A stretch of DNA of 64,000 bases from Octopus vulgaris. Its lineage: Eukaryota. The stretch's first letter is position 1, and the number at the start of each line of letters is the position of its first letter. Below are positions 30,398 through 45,902 of this stretch, piece after piece. Location: contig OX597818.1 of NCBI GenBank assembly GCA_951406725.2, positions 127,596,001 to 127,660,000 on the forward strand, written 5' to 3'. The notes under the pieces were generated by a model, which saw only the letters and a list, made by a program, of their open reading frames with translations, was not told the origin of the DNA and did no database searches. Position numbers and translations under genes: made by a program.

Positions 30398-30706
30398 CAC
30401 GCACACGCACACATATAAACATACATACATACAAACTTACAAACAAAAACCTACATACATACATACACACATATAGTTAATTATAAACTAATTCGTACAC
30501 ATTGTATTGTTGCTGTTATATTTAGACGAATGAATTTAATACAATGAAATTGAGTTTGAGGGGTTGCGTCCACATCAAGGTCTTGGTTGAGATCGTATCG
30601 AGGCCAGACACGATACTATGCACGAGTATCCTGTGGGATAACATACATTTCCGAGTTGAAATCTCATTTGTATGGCAGATGTAGTGTGATGAGTTGTGTG
30701 TATGTG

Positions 30707-30885
<179 letters not shown>

Positions 30886-31190
30886 TTGTTTATTAGTATT
30901 TTAACATAAATCGGTCATGGTCGAGCAATGGTATGATCCATGACGTTCTAGCCATGACCATTCTATCTATTTTTAGTATTAGGCTTAGTACACTCCGGAC
31001 TACATTGTTTAATTTTTCTTTATTTTTTCAAAATAAGGACGAAAGATCGACTGTTCGTGCTAGTATCTCATGAAAAACGCTACGTTGAGTCTCTGGCAAT
31101 GACATTTAAAAAAATCATAATTCAATTTGTTATACACACACACATGTCTGTATGTATGTATGTATGTATGTATGTAGGTAAGTAGGTATC

Positions 31191-31265
<75 letters not shown>

Positions 31266-31959
31266 ATCCAGATAGACTGACAGACAGACAGATAGATAGA
31301 TATGCATGTATGGATGGATGTGAATGTATGTATGTATGTATGTATACATGTATGTATGTATGCATGCATGTATGTATGTATGTATGTATGTATGTATGTA
31401 TGTATGTATGTATGGATGGATGGATGCATGCATGTATGTATGTATGTATGTATGCATGCATGTATGTATGTATGCATGCATGTATGTATGTATGTATGTA
31501 TGTATGTATGTATGTATGTATGTATGCGTGTGTGTGTGTATGTATGTATGTATGTATGCATGTATGTATGTATGTATGTATGTATGTATGTATGTATGTA
31601 TGTATGTATGTATGTATGCATGTATGTATGTATGTATGTATGTGAATTTCTTCAGACACCTGAGAGACTGTACTTCCAGAAACGTTATTTCGTGAAGCTA
31701 AACACGTACTTGTGAACCTCAAAGACTGTCTTTTCTGTACTGCGAGCACTTTTTGCATATTTCGATATAATTTACGCGACATTAATTTTCGGACATAAGA
31801 GAATGTATATTTTAACATCACCTTGGAGAATCCCTTCAAACTTTTTCACGCAAATTTTCTTGTGCAAAGGTATCAAGCATTAGTCCAATAAATATTATCC
31901 TTCAAGAAGCCTTTCTTTACTTGGAAAAAAATATTTTCGAATGAAAATACATTCAAAGA

Positions 31960-33290
31960 AAATAATGCTTTTAGTTCGAAGGGAGAAAGATAATGGCCCT
32001 CAACATGAGAAAAATAGCTGTTGGTTTGAAAATTTTGAAGCCTACAGTGCAATAATGTGTTAAAGAATGATTGTAACCGGAAGATGACGAAGAAGAGAGA
32101 AAGGAAAAAGTGGCTTGGGAAGAGAACTCAAAGACGAATGAAGGTGACTGTCTTCGGTGTACTGGTAGCTGGAGAAATGACAATGACACGGAAGGTAAAG
32201 GAGAAATATAAAATAGATGTAAATATTCGAACAGTTCAAAAAATGGAAAGGCTAAGTATGGAAAAGGCCAAGAGGAAAATTCCTTTCAGCAAAAAACACA
32301 AGAAGACAAGGTTAGACTGCGCAAAATAATAGTTAACTATTGTTGTTGATTTTTATCAAAGCAATTTTTACTGAGAAACGATTTATGTTCTTGGTCAAGT
32401 AAAGGTGGACCATTGACGCTGTAAAAAAAATCAGTTGGATGGAGGTGGAGTAAGGGTATGGGACATGGTCTTTCCAGGTGGATATTTTTAGTTGGAGTGG
32501 TTGAAACGAAGGTAGAACAGTATACTCTTTTACTCTTTTACTTGTTTCAATCATTTGACTGTGGCCATGCTGGAGCACCGCCTTTAGTCGAGCAAATCGA
32601 CCCCAGGACTTATTCTTTGTAAGCCCAGTACTTATTCTATCGGTCTTTTTGCCGAACCGCTAAGTGACGGGGACGTAAACACACCAGCATCGGTTGTCAA
32701 GCAATGCTAGGGGGACAAACACAGACACACAAACACACACATACATATATATACATATACATATATACGACAGGCTTCTTTCAGTTTCCGTCTACCAAAT
32801 CCACTCACAAGGTATTGGTTGGCCCGGGGCTATAGCAGAAGACACTTACCCAAGATGCCACGCAGTGGGACTGAACCCGGAACCATGTGGTTGGTTAGCA
32901 AGCTACTTACCACACAGCCACTCCAGCTGTTGCAAACGTGAGATTTGTCTCATATTAAAGAAATGGGAGATAATTTTATCCTCCAACAGGATAACGAAAA
33001 CACTGACGTGTCAAAATCAGTCAAATAATGGACCGAGACATGATATTAAGTATACTGGAATGGCTGGCGAGAAGTCCGGATTTGTACTTCATCGAGAATA
33101 AATAGGAAATGTTGGTACAGCTTGTATATAACAGACCGAAAGTAACAAGTAAGGTAGAATTGTGGAAACAGATTTGGGAGCCGAAAGAAAACCGATAGAA
33201 ACAAAACGAGATGTTACAATGAACATGTTTATCCAGTACAACGAACGGAAAGTGCAAGTGATCGAAAGGAAAGGCGACTGTGTGGACTAT
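31960..33290 (+). pseudogene. Tc1-like transposase remnant interrupted by SINE family 2 (32525-32924, minus)
   Basis: VNIRTVQ..KRKIPFSKKHKKTRLDCAK; GGGVRVWG; QQDN; ILEWLARSPDLYFIEN (cf. Tc1 WPxxSPDLNPIEN). Confidence 0.75.
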
Positions 33291-33358
33291 TGAGGTCGAG
33301 CGGTATTGTCCCAAAAATATTGTCACATGATTTAAACATTTTCATAAAATACTACTTA

Positions 33359-33784
<426 letters not shown>

Positions 33785-33850
33785 GGGAGTATAACTTCAA
33801 ACTTATAGGGAAAAATTCAATTTAGTATTAAATCAAATTTCACAGTATAA

Positions 33851-34120
33851 ATATATAAAATATAAATTAAAGATAAAACCACTATTATGCAACTCAAACA
33901 GTGATAGACATAAACCAATACATAAATTACCAATACATATATATAGTTTTTTTAAATATATAACTTATAACTATGATCTCAAAAAGTATAAAGTGAATGA
34001 TAAATATGTAAAAAAAAACATTATATATATATATTGATTATTTATGTATTGGTTTATGTCTATCATTGTTTGAGTTGCATAATAGTAGTTTTATCTCTAA
34101 TTTATATTTTATATATATAT
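33851..34120. repeat. Fold-back inverted repeat (~95-bp arms)
   Basis: GATAAAACCACTATTATGCAACTCAAACAGTGATAGACATAAACCAATACATAAAT is mirrored at about 34040-34097; related sequence at 45430-45490. Confidence 0.85.
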
Positions 34121-34132
34121 ATATATATAAGT

Positions 34133-34357
34133 AGAGGCGCAGTAGAGGCGCAATGGCCTAGTGGTTAGGGCAGCAGACTCGCGGTCGCAGGATCGCGGTT
34201 TCGATTCTCAGACCGGGCGTTGTGTGTGTTTATTGAGCGAAAACACCTAAAAGCTCTACGAGGCTCCGGCAAGGGGTGGTGATCCCTGCTGTACTCTTTC
34301 ACCACAATGGCGGTGCCCCAGCATGGCCACAGCTCAAGAGCTGAAACTGGAAAAACA

Positions 34358-34385
<28 letters not shown>
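34133..34385 (+). mobile_element. Chimera: SINE family 3 head fused to a family-2/CR1-like 3' tail
   Basis: Family 3 sequence runs to ...CTCTTTCACCACA, then ATGGCGGTGCCCCAGCATGGCCACAGCTC..GCTGAAACT and an A-rich tail. Confidence 0.75.
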
Positions 34386-34423
<38 letters not shown>

Positions 34424-34451
34424 GTTTAAATATTTGTTGTGCAAGATTTTT

Positions 34452-35180
34452 AGGCTTAGGAAAAGAGAGGGCATATTTTGCAGTAATCCTTACGATCCAT
34501 CTTCTCCGCCCATTAATCTTGAGGCGGTTGTAGGGGTAGAAACCTGAGACACCCTCTCCAAAGGCTCTTATCCATTGTTACGCCTTCTGGTTGGATATCC
34601 AAGCTTGACCAAAGTAACACCAAATATATAGTGCGTGTGTTTTTATTGGCTAAACTGGCAAAATGACCATTCCGAAATATAACAATATATATATATAGTT
34701 AATCCAAACAAGAAAGCACAAAAAAACACAACAACGCGAGGACGTGGAACAAATATAGTATTAGCAAAGTCTCTTTCAAACAGAGTTCTGCAGGCTTAGG
34801 AAAAGAGAGGGCATATTTTGCAGTAATCCTTACGATCCATCTTCTCCGCCCATTAATGTTGAGGCGGTTGTAGGGGTAGAAACCTGAGACACCCTCTCCA
34901 AAGGGTCTTATCCATTATCATTATCATTACGCCTTCTGATTGGATATCCAAGCTTGACCAACTTAGATTATGAATATTAACCAAGCATCTCTAGGTCTCT
35001 CTAGATCTCTTGCCGGTTGACTCGACTTGAAGAATCCTTTTTTCGATCCTTTCCTGCGACATTCTAATCACATGTCCATCTTACCAGAGCTGTGACTTCT
35101 CAATGGTGAGAAGTAGCGACTCAATCTGGAATGATTCCCTGTTCGCCAAGTTACACCCCTGTTCTCCAAGCTACGCACAT
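34452..35180 (-). pseudogene. RTE LINE 3' end with duplicated terminal ~160 bp
   Basis: Minus: LLTIEKSQLW..GHVIRMSQERIEKRILQVESTGKR; 34452-34611 is repeated at 34793-34961. Confidence 0.7.
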
Positions 35181-35414
35181 TGTCAAGTAAACGTTACTCC
35201 AGAGATCCCAACTATACCTTCAAAAAAAGAACTTGTGGTGACATTTGGGAAGTCTTTGATTAAAGGTCTGCTTGATAAGGGCTAACCAGGGGTTAAACAA
35301 CAACAGCAACTGCTTACGATCATCTCACAGCTATTAACACTACAATTCTCACAAGTATCACTCACAAACATACAGTCACTACTACCATATCACCATTTGC
35401 ATCTCCACTAACAA

Positions 35415-35462
<48 letters not shown>

Positions 35463-36819
35463 AGCATTAATTAATTAATCTTGCAATTCAAGCACTTAAA
35501 CCTTCATTAATGTCAGTCTGTTTTAAATCTATGTTCTCAACTTGTAAAGCTATTTTCGTGCGAAGTTACGAAAACAAAATATTGATTTAAATTGAAGCAA
35601 CATCAATGCCTGTTTTTTTTTTTTTTCTGCTGGGACAATGCGTATAGTTGGCTGAACCAAGCATAGTATATTACTGGTATGTACGCTATCAACGTAGTCC
35701 ACACGAAGAACAAGACTAGTTCCGTTAGATTTTAGATTCATATTTTACATCAGAAATACGATATTGATGTACTGTCCTTTATGGTAATTTATCCTATCGA
35801 CGCAATGACTGAGCTTATATCTGGTCCACCTACCAGAAACAGAAACCAAATCTCCCCAAATTTACACTGTCTTAATTCTTTCTCGTTCATGCACAAGGCC
35901 AACAATTTTCATGGGAAGGGCAAGTCAATTGCACCAACCCAACTGATGCATATGTTATCGACTCCGAAAGGATAAAAAGGTAAAGTCGACCATGGCGGAA
36001 TTTGAACTCAGACAGTAAAGAAACGGAAGAAATACCTATTTCTTTATTACCCACAAGGGGCTAAACACAGAGAGGACAAACAAGGACGGACAAACGGATT
36101 AAGTCGATTATATCGACCCCAGTGCGTAACTGGTACTTATTTAATCGACCCCGAAAGGATGAAAGGCAAAGTCGACCTTGGCGGAATTTGAACTCAGAAC
36201 GTAGCGGCAGACGAAATACCGCTAAGCATTTCATCCGACCTACTGACAATTCTGCAGACTCACCACCGTCACTGTCTTAAATAATAAGGGCTTTTTTGTA
36301 CAATGGGGTATTCTTTTATTCTTTTACTTGTTTCAGTCATTTGACTGCGGCCATGCTGGGGCACCACCTATTAGTCGAGCAAATCGACCCCAGGACTTAT
36401 TCTTTGTAAGTCCAGTACTTAGTCTATCGGTCTCTATTGCTGAACCGTTAATTACGGGGACGTAAACACACCAGCATCGGTTGTCAAGCGATGTTGGGGG
36501 ACAAATACAGACACACAAACACACACATATAATATATATATACACATATACACACGACGGGCTTCTTTCAGTTTGTGTGCGTTGAACAAAATGCTTAGGA
36601 GCATTTCTTCCTGTTTTGTTTTTTGCTTGTTTTTTATTTATTTTTTTTTGTTCTGAGTTCAAATTCCGCCGAGGTCGACTTTGCCTTTCATATTTTCGGG
36701 GTCAATTAAATAAGTACTAGTCACGTACTGGGATCGATGTAATCGACTTTATCCCTTCCACCAAATCTGAAGCCTTGTGCTTCCAGTAGAAAGGATTGTT
36801 ATTGTTGTTGTTGTTGTTG

Positions 36820-37228
<409 letters not shown>

Positions 37229-37482
37229 TATTATCATCATCATCATCATCAACAACAACAACATCATCATCACCATTATCATCATTATTTTTGTTTTATT
37301 ACTATTTTTTCAGTTTTATGGTTGATTTTTATCCTTTCATTTCAAAAATTGATACAAAATGTAAAGTGAATTATCGGAATCATTCTCTAACCAGTCCGAT
37401 TGGCTTTACAACTCATCTCCATACCGGGTCAATGAAATCAATAACATAAACACCAGAGACCAATATTTACACTTGCCAATTC

Positions 37483-37573
<91 letters not shown>

Positions 37574-37589
37574 GGTGGTGGTGGTGGCG

Positions 37590-37651
<62 letters not shown>

Positions 37652-38222
37652 TTGTTTTTGTTTTTTTTGTTTTTCGTTTATTCATTTTATTGATTCGTCT
37701 AAAGTTGATGTATCAGTCGAATTACTGAAAAGGTTGTTTGACTTTTTTTCATATCATACGTTAACCTACAATTACAATACAAGCGATGACTACTCAGAGG
37801 AACATTATAGAGAAATCCGTGAAAGGTTTGCTTTAAAAAAAACAAAATGCAACAGATATCAATATGGAAGATTCTAAAAACATTATTTCTTTTTTTATTA
37901 ATGTCATTATTGTTTGTTACTCTTATACTCTAATAATCAATTACGGCTTGGGAGCTCTAAATATTCTTTTTAAAGAAACATGATAGGAATACAATGGTTT
38001 CTCACAAGGTGGTTGTCAGGTAAAAATAACACAACAATACGACAGATGTCATTCAATTCATTTCGTTTGCTCGACTTTTATGACGTGTGCTGAATTAATG
38101 CATATAGTATCGTCCAGAAGTTTCTACATACACACTCACATACATACACACAGACACACGCATATATATCATATGTATATGTGTGTGTGACTGTGTGTGT
38201 GTGTATTTATATATGTATATAT

Positions 38223-38422
38223 GTGACCGCGTGTGTACCGTTGGCGATTTTTCCTCTGTCTTCCCTTCTCTGGATCTTTCCTTCCCCTATGTTTCCGACG
38301 AAGAGCTCCGCTCGAAACGTTAAACCCTCCTTCTTTCCTTCTTTCCTGAGCGTCCAATAATACTATATTTGTTCCACGTCCTCGCGTTGTTGTGTTTATT
38401 TTGTGCTTTCATGTTTGGATTA

Positions 38423-38428
<6 letters not shown>
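38223..38428 (+). mobile_element. Family A non-coding element with minimal hammerhead-like motif at 38291-38325
   Basis: guuu-CCGACGA-a-gagc[ucc]gcuc-GAAA-cGUU^-aaac; abuts (TA)n. Confidence 0.7.
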
Positions 38429-38465
<37 letters not shown>

Positions 38466-38527
38466 ACATGTGTATATGTATACCTTATTTATATATACAT
38501 ACATATATTATTAGTTATGTATATATG

Positions 38528-38582
<55 letters not shown>

Positions 38583-38930
38583 CGACGGAAGCAGTATTAG
38601 TGCCGAATGATAATCTGTACATCCTGCTTAACGTGGATATACTGTAAGAATGCCATAATACGGTGATATCCTCGTGAAAAAGCATCTCGTATAATGCTAA
38701 AAAAAACACAGGAGTATCAACAACAGAAGAAAATGTCTAGCATCGGCGGCGGAGATGCTAAATTACGTGATTCCGGCGTGTTTGCGTGTAATTATCAACA
38801 GCTATCGTCACACGCTAGCCAAACTTCGCCTTATAGGGTATTCACGTTAAGTGGTATATAAAAATTGCTATTCGGTTCTAATATTGCTTAGTATTAGTGC
38901 TGAATATGTATATATATATATATATATATA

Positions 38931-39090
38931 TAAAGTTAATCCAAACAAGAAAGCACAAAAAAACAACAACGCGAGGACGTGGAACAAATATAGTATTATT
39001 GGACGCTCTTTGTCGGAAACATAGGAGAAGGAAAGATCCAGAGAAGGGAAGACAGAGGGAAAAAATCGCCAACGGTACACACGAGGTCAC
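38931..39090 (-). mobile_element. Family A copy, inverted relative to 38223-38428, hammerhead mostly deleted
   Basis: 45-bp deletion between two GCTC tetramers, compared with 54955-55152. Confidence 0.8.
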
Positions 39091-39334
39091 ATTTTGATAT
39101 ATATGTTTGTGACATAGTTCAACTGCTAAAAGGCAAATTCACTGCAGTTACCGTGGAAACATTTTCCCTTATGTTAAAAAGGTCTAAAAACACCATGTTT
39201 GTCCGGTGTCGCCATCATTCAGGATTCCCAGGCATCAATGTTTCTAGCTCCTTAGCTGTTATCAATAGGAAGTACCTAAGAGAGGTAACTCAGGACAGAC
39301 CTAATAAAGCTATTGCTTTATCTAAGATTTATCA

Positions 39335-39572
39335 TTCCGTGGCCGACCAGACTATCAGATGTTACACATTGCTGATCACAATGGGCTTTGCATTATTTTA
39401 GCTTTCGAATGATGCCACCCCACTTGCTAGGCAAGTAGGCTAACATTTCCCCCTGTTCGAAAAGGGGACTGGAGCAACGTGAAATGAAATGTTTTGCTCA
39501 AGAACACAACGCGTCGTCCAGACTGGGAATTGGAATTGTGCAACAGCTTAACCACTAGGCCATGCGCCTTCA
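39335..39572 (-). mobile_element. SINE family 4 (related pieces at ~1560-1735, 3050-3140, 16240-16338, 23640-23810, 63440-63560)
   Basis: tRNA-like head GGCGCATGGCCTAGTGGTTAAG, body GTGTTCTTGAGCAAAACA..CACGTTGCTCCAGTC, tail CATCTGATAGTCTGGTCGG. Confidence 0.7.
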
Positions 39573-39824
39573 CTACCATACAAATTATATATATCAGTAG
39601 CAGTTATGACATCATAGAGTAAGAACAGAGGGCTTTTTATGCAAGACTATGAAAAAGATATTTAAAATGAGTAGTGGTAGCTATCCTAACAGGCTAATAA
39701 GTATACATATAGGTAGAGAGAAGATAGAGAATATAAACATGAAATTGATCTCAGCCAGAATTTTTGATCATGAATTTTTTTTCTTTTCCGTCGTTTCAAC
39801 TTAACTACAAGCTCATCACTACAT

Positions 39825-40230
39825 TTAGTTAAGTCAAGTTAATTTTTTGGCTCAAACAGCAAAAAGCAAGGCCATCTAGGGGGACATGGAGTTATGTACA
39901 GGGAGGGTGTTCATGCAAAGAGTTCAGGCCATTTCTGGTCAAGAGCGACTTTGAACCGAGCGGTCGTCGGCATCTTCACTATCTCGTCCGGCAGCTTATT
40001 CCACGGATCCGCAACCCGGACGGACAAAGACCCTCTCCTTCGATTGAGATGAAATCGTCGCAGATAGAGCTTTTCGGAGTGACCCCGCAGCCGACGCTCT
40101 GGAGCAGGAGTGAAGAACAGCCCTTTCGAGAGGTTACACTTTCCGCTTATGATGTCGTGAGCAAGAATGAGATTACAACGGTGTCGTCGTTTTTCTAGAG
40201 AATAAAGGTCGAGCGTCTTCAGCCCTTCCA
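39825..40230 (-). pseudogene. CR1-like LINE 3' end
   Basis: LKTLDLYSLEKRRHRCNLILAH...RLRGHSEKL...SVRVADPWNKLPDEIV...FKVALD, then 3'UTR and short-repeat tail. Confidence 0.85.
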
Positions 40231-40701
40231 TTTATATATGTACATTTAATGTTATGCTCAAGTATAATCATTGCAACACAGTTTGTGGCAAGACTGAGAC
40301 GATTTTTAATTACAAGTACAATCCACCCGACGGTTTACACACAGTTTCTGTCTGTCTAATTTAACTCACAAGGCTTGAGTTGATCCGAGGCTACAGTAAA
40401 AGACACTTGCCCAAGATACTGCGCAGTGCAATCGAACCCGAGACCTTGTGATTGCGAGGTTATACGGCATCTACTAAATAGGAGATACAGATTGACTAAC
40501 GAGACAAATATAGACATGCAAGATCTGAGCCAAAGAAGAAAAGCCTATATATGCTCACTTTGACCTGCTATGTAAAAAAATATTCAGGTTTTTATCATAG
40601 ATCTGCTCAAGCCAGAAATAAGCAACGAAATCTCTTAGATTATATTCCTATGATCTTTAGAACAAATAAGACTACACTAGATTATGCCACCGCCGGTAAG
40701 A

Positions 40702-41120
40702 TAGGCGCAGGAGTGGCTGTGTGGTAAGTAGCTTGTTTACCAATCACATGGTTCCGGGTTCAGTCCCACTGCGTGGCACCTTGGGCAAGTGTCTCCTACT
40801 ATAGCCTCGGGCCGACCAAAGCCTTGTGAGTGGATTTGGTAGACGGAAACTGAAAGAAGCCCGTCGTATATATGTATATATATGTATATATATATATATG
40901 CGTGTGTGTGTTTGTGTCTGTGTTTGTCCCCCTAGCATTGCTTGACAACCGATGCTGGTGTGTTTATGTCCCCGTTACTTAGCGGTTCGGCAAAAGAGAC
41001 CGATACAATAAGTACTGGGCTTACAAAAGAATAAGTCCCGGGGTCGAGTTGCTCGATTAAAAGGTGGTGCTCCAGCATGGCCGCGGTCAAATGACTGAAA
41101 CAAGTAAAAGAGTAAAGAGT
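40702..41120 (+). mobile_element. SINE family 2
   Basis: Full copy. Confidence 0.92.
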
Positions 41121-41747
41121 AAAGAGATTTCCTTCAAAAAAGGACAGGATGGACATGGCTGGAACGCCCTTCACAACTGGCGAGGTTTCGTTGCTTTGCC
41201 TCAGCTTATCCCTTCTCTAGGACACCTACTGACTAAGCACTCCATTTGTGGCCGACTTGTCTCTTTCCAGTGTGCAAGAAACGCAGGATTACGTTATCCA
41301 GTATGTCATTTATAAGGCGTTTGAGTGTGGTTAAAAGAAATTTGACTGCTATTTCTAGCATGTCAAGTGCACCTTGATACTTCTCTGATCAATGGTGACC
41401 TGGAGCTGAACAATATCAACAAGAACACTAGCTATAATTTTTAGACATTGAGACAGATATAGATTGATGCATAAGATGTTACTATATATAATATTGATTT
41501 CCAGCTTAAGTACAAAGCCATAACATTTGAAGAGAGAAGAACAATCGATTATATCGACCGCAGTAATTCACTGATATGTATATTAGCGATCACGGAAGGA
41601 TAAAAGGAGAAGTCGTTCTCGCTGGAGATTGAACTGGGAACGTAAAGAAGTCATTTTATCCGACGTCCTATTGGTTGTGTTCATCCGCTGTCATTAATAT
41701 ATTAAAGTGCAATACAAAAAATTGCTATCACTAATAGATATTACTGT

Positions 41748-41824
<77 letters not shown>

Positions 41825-42167
41825 GTGCGTGTGTGTGTGTGTATCTGTGTCTGTGTAAATACGTGTGTATGTATATATGCAAAAAAGATAAAATCTGGGA
41901 AATATTCCATGTGCGTATTTTAATGGTGAGGAGTACATAGAAAGGAAAGCAAAACTAAGATTAATTCTAAAAACGATATTTATAAATGCAAAATCGATAA
42001 ACGATCGTTTGATTGCTTAACATCTTGAAAAAGAAAAATGTAAAATTTAGTCAAAGCTAATCCTTACTTATCAGGCGACACATTGGATCTTGTCGCGTGT
42101 GTGATTCGTTAGGAATATATATGCTCTCTAACAATCAGCTTAATACACACACATACACACACATACA

Positions 42168-42254
<87 letters not shown>

Positions 42255-42548
42255 AATTAATAAATAAAACATATGCATATATACATACATATATGTACGT
42301 ACCTACCTCTACATGTATATATACATGCATATATGGGTACAGGACACCAAAAAAAACGTCGAACACAATGAGAAATGAAAACATAAACACAAAACCAAGG
42401 AACTGGACATATTTCTTAAACAACGAAAAAATAGAGTACAGGACAAATAACACAAGGAAAATGCCCCTTCTTCAGTCGCCATGGTTTCATCTACTCTGCG
42501 TTTCGAAGGTGAAGGCGATACGCATCTTCGATTGAAACTTTCCTTCCC

Positions 42549-42587
<39 letters not shown>

Positions 42588-42599
42588 CATATTCCTATA

Positions 42600-42880
42600 T
42601 TTTTTTACATGTTTCAGCCCTAAGGTTGTGGCCATGCTAGAGCACCGCCAGTGAAATCACCCTTTCAATGGCCAATTTTATGACTGGCTTTTGGTGAAGG
42701 AGGGAATTCGACACTGTTGTCCTCTTTTGGGTCGCCTGCCTTGATATTGGTTCATCTGAGACCTTGGATAGCAGGAGGTAAAGCTGTTTCTTAAAAACAT
42801 CTACCCACCCGCCTACTCCATGAAGATCCATCAGCAGTTTTGACAAGGCGTTAAATAACTGTGTCCTCTTTGAAGAGAGA
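42600..42880 (-). pseudogene. CR1/L2-group LINE 3' end sharing its tail with SINE family 2
   Basis: TQLFNALSKLLMDLHGV..VDVFKKQLYLLLSKVSDEP..SNSLLHQ, then GGCGGTGCTCTAGCATGGCCACAACC..GCTGAAACATGTAAAA. Confidence 0.75.
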
Positions 42881-43213
42881 AGAACCACAGTCCCAGTTTC
42901 CCGGCTATGCTGAGTCCCTATAGCTTGTGTCATATCATTCCATGATCAACCTTATCAAAGGCCTTTGCAAAATCGAGATATATCACATCCACATTTGAGT
43001 GATTCAGTGTTTCAATACCCAGTCATACATAATGCTGCAAAAGCTGGGGAAGGTAGCTTCTCTCTGAACAGAAGCTATGCTGGGTGTCAGAGAGCAAGGA
43101 ACGCAATCAGTTTCTTCCTGACATTGCGTTCCATGACTTCGCTGACATGGGAGGTTAGAGAGACAGGATATATATATACATATATACATATATATATGTG
43201 TGTGTGTGTGTGC

Positions 43214-43276
<63 letters not shown>

Positions 43277-43277
<1 letters not shown>

Positions 43278-43645
43278 CCACATGGTTCCGGGTTCAGTCC
43301 CACTGCCTGGCACCTTGGGTAAGTGTCTCCAACTATAGCTTCGGGCCGACCAAAGCTTTGTGAGTGGATTTGGTAAACGGAAACTGAAAGAAGCCCGTCG
43401 CATATATGTACATATATATATATGTGTATGTTTGTGTGATGTGTTTGCCCTCTCCCCCAACATCACTTGACAACCGATGCTGGTGTGTTTACGTCCCCGT
43501 AACTTAGCGGTTCGGCAAAAGAGCCCGATAGAATAAGTACTAGGCTTACAAAGAATAAGTCCTGGGATCGATTTCCTCGACTAAAGGCGATGCTCCATTA
43601 TGGCCTCTGTCAAATGACTGAAACAAGTAAATGAGTAAATGAGTA
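43277..43645 (+). mobile_element. SINE family 2 (5' part displaced by a (TA)n block)
   Basis: Starts at AACCACATGGTTCCGGG. Confidence 0.85.
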
Positions 43646-43767
43646 GCCTTAAATAATTCATAAGTATTTACGACGATTTGTTTGAGGAAAACACCCCAAC
43701 TAAGTCTAATTATAACTCTATGGAGTACGTAGATGGCTTGTTACCGAGTAATACATGTGTAAGCGAC

Positions 43768-44625
43768 GGCGGCGAGCTGGCAGAAACGTTAGCACGCCGG
43801 GCGAAATACACAGCGGTATTTCGTCTGCCGTTACGTTCTGAGTTCAAATTCCACCGAGGTCGACTTTGCCTTTCATCCTTTCGGGGTCGATAAATTAAGT
43901 TCCAGTTACGCACTGGGGTCAATATAATCGACTTAATCCGTTTGTCTGTCCTTGTTTGTCCCCTCTATGTTTAGCCCCTTGTGGGCAATAAAGAAATAAG
44001 AATCGTTAACACTCCGGGAAAAATGCTTAACGGCATTTTGTCCCTCTTCACGTCCTAAGTTCAAATTCCGCTGGGGTCGACTTTGCCGTTCACCCTTTCG
44101 GGGTCGATAAAATAAGTATCAGCATTACGTTGGGGGTCGATGCAATCGACTTAGCCCCTTACCCTAAATTGTTGGCCTTGTGCCAATATTTGAAATCAGT
44201 ATATGTGTAAGCGAGCTGGCAGACACGTTAGCGCGCCGAGCGAAATGCTTAGCGGTATTTCGTCTGTCGTTACGTTTTGAGTTCAAATTCCGCCGAGGTC
44301 GACTTTGTCTTTCATCCTTTCGGGGTCGATAAATTAAGTACCAGTTACGCACTGGGGTCGATATAATCGACTTAATACCTATGTCTGTCCTTGTTTGTCC
44401 CCTCTGTGTTTAGCCCTTTGTGGGTAATAAAGAAATAGGTATTTCGTCTGTCGTTACGCTCTGAGTTCAAATTCCGCCGAGGTCAACTTTGCCTTTCATC
44501 CTTTCGGGGTCGATAAATAAAGTACCATCTTCGCACTGGGGGGGGGGGCGATATAATCGACTCAATCTCTTCGTCTGTCCTTGTTTGTCCCCTCTATGTT
44601 TAGCCCCTTGTGGGCAGTAAAGAAA
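43768..44625 (+). mobile_element. Head-to-tail cluster of SINE family 1 copies
   Basis: Copies at about 43768-43998, 43999-44195 (diverged) and 44210-44625 (dimeric). Confidence 0.9.
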
Positions 44626-45198
44626 TATATATGTGTAAGTGAGTTGTCCATAATGGTCTAACACTACAGGACTTAAAACATTTATTATAAGTTCTTTCTT
44701 ATATGTATCATGTGAATGTGTAACAAAGATCGAAGTCGGCAAGACAACAAAAAAATTATGTTCAATGATTTTTGCTGTTGTTGATGTTTTCTTATTATTA
44801 TTATCGAGCGTTCTAGTGACCTACTTGGATATCTATGTTGCCTGAGTGATAGAGATTCATAAATAAGATTGATTAATGCAACGGCAAAAAATAATAATGA
44901 TTTTTTTATACTGGTTCTAATCCACACAAAACAAATATGTGGACATACATACATACATACATACATACATACATACATACATACATTCATACATACATAC
45001 ATACATACATACATACATACATACATACATACATACTCAGAGCGCTGAAAACCGGAATAAATATCGCAACGCCTTTTATCCGACACTCTTAACGACGCTA
45101 ACAGTCAACCACATTTTACATACACACACACACTCGCGCATATACATACATACATACTCTTTAATACTTTTTGATAGTTATATTTAAAAAAAAACATT

Positions 45199-45303
<105 letters not shown>

Positions 45304-45483
45304 ATATTTAAGTATAAATTAATAATTTAAATAATTTTTTGAATTCTAACTTTAAATTTAAATAATTTAAATTTTGAATTTTATATTTTATATATTTTGT
45401 ATATTATATTAATTAATTTTATTTCTATATATTGGTTTATGTTTTTCACTGTTTGATTTGCCTAATAGTGGTTTTATCTCTAA

Positions 45484-45595
<112 letters not shown>

Positions 45596-45606
45596 GTTTG
45601 TATGTA

Positions 45607-45637
<31 letters not shown>

Positions 45638-45638
<1 letters not shown>

Positions 45639-45795
45639 CATTATATACATTATTTATATTGAACGGATATGTGTCGTCATCTTATTTATTGTTACTACGA
45701 CGCTTCGGCTGATTTACTCTCCAGCCTTCATCAGATATCCTGGGAGAATTTTGAACCCGACACTGGGTTCTCGTTCCTAAGATAGTTTTTGCTGA

Positions 45796-45800
<5 letters not shown>
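45638..45800 (-). mobile_element. Family D element with degenerate hammerhead (45695-45739)
   Basis: Minus: gauau-CUGAUGA-a-ggcug..cagcc-GAAG-cGUC; homologous to 18930-19125; lies between (TA)n and (TTA)n. Confidence 0.75.
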
Positions 45801-45894
<94 letters not shown>

Positions 45895-45902
45895 TATTAT
45901 TA

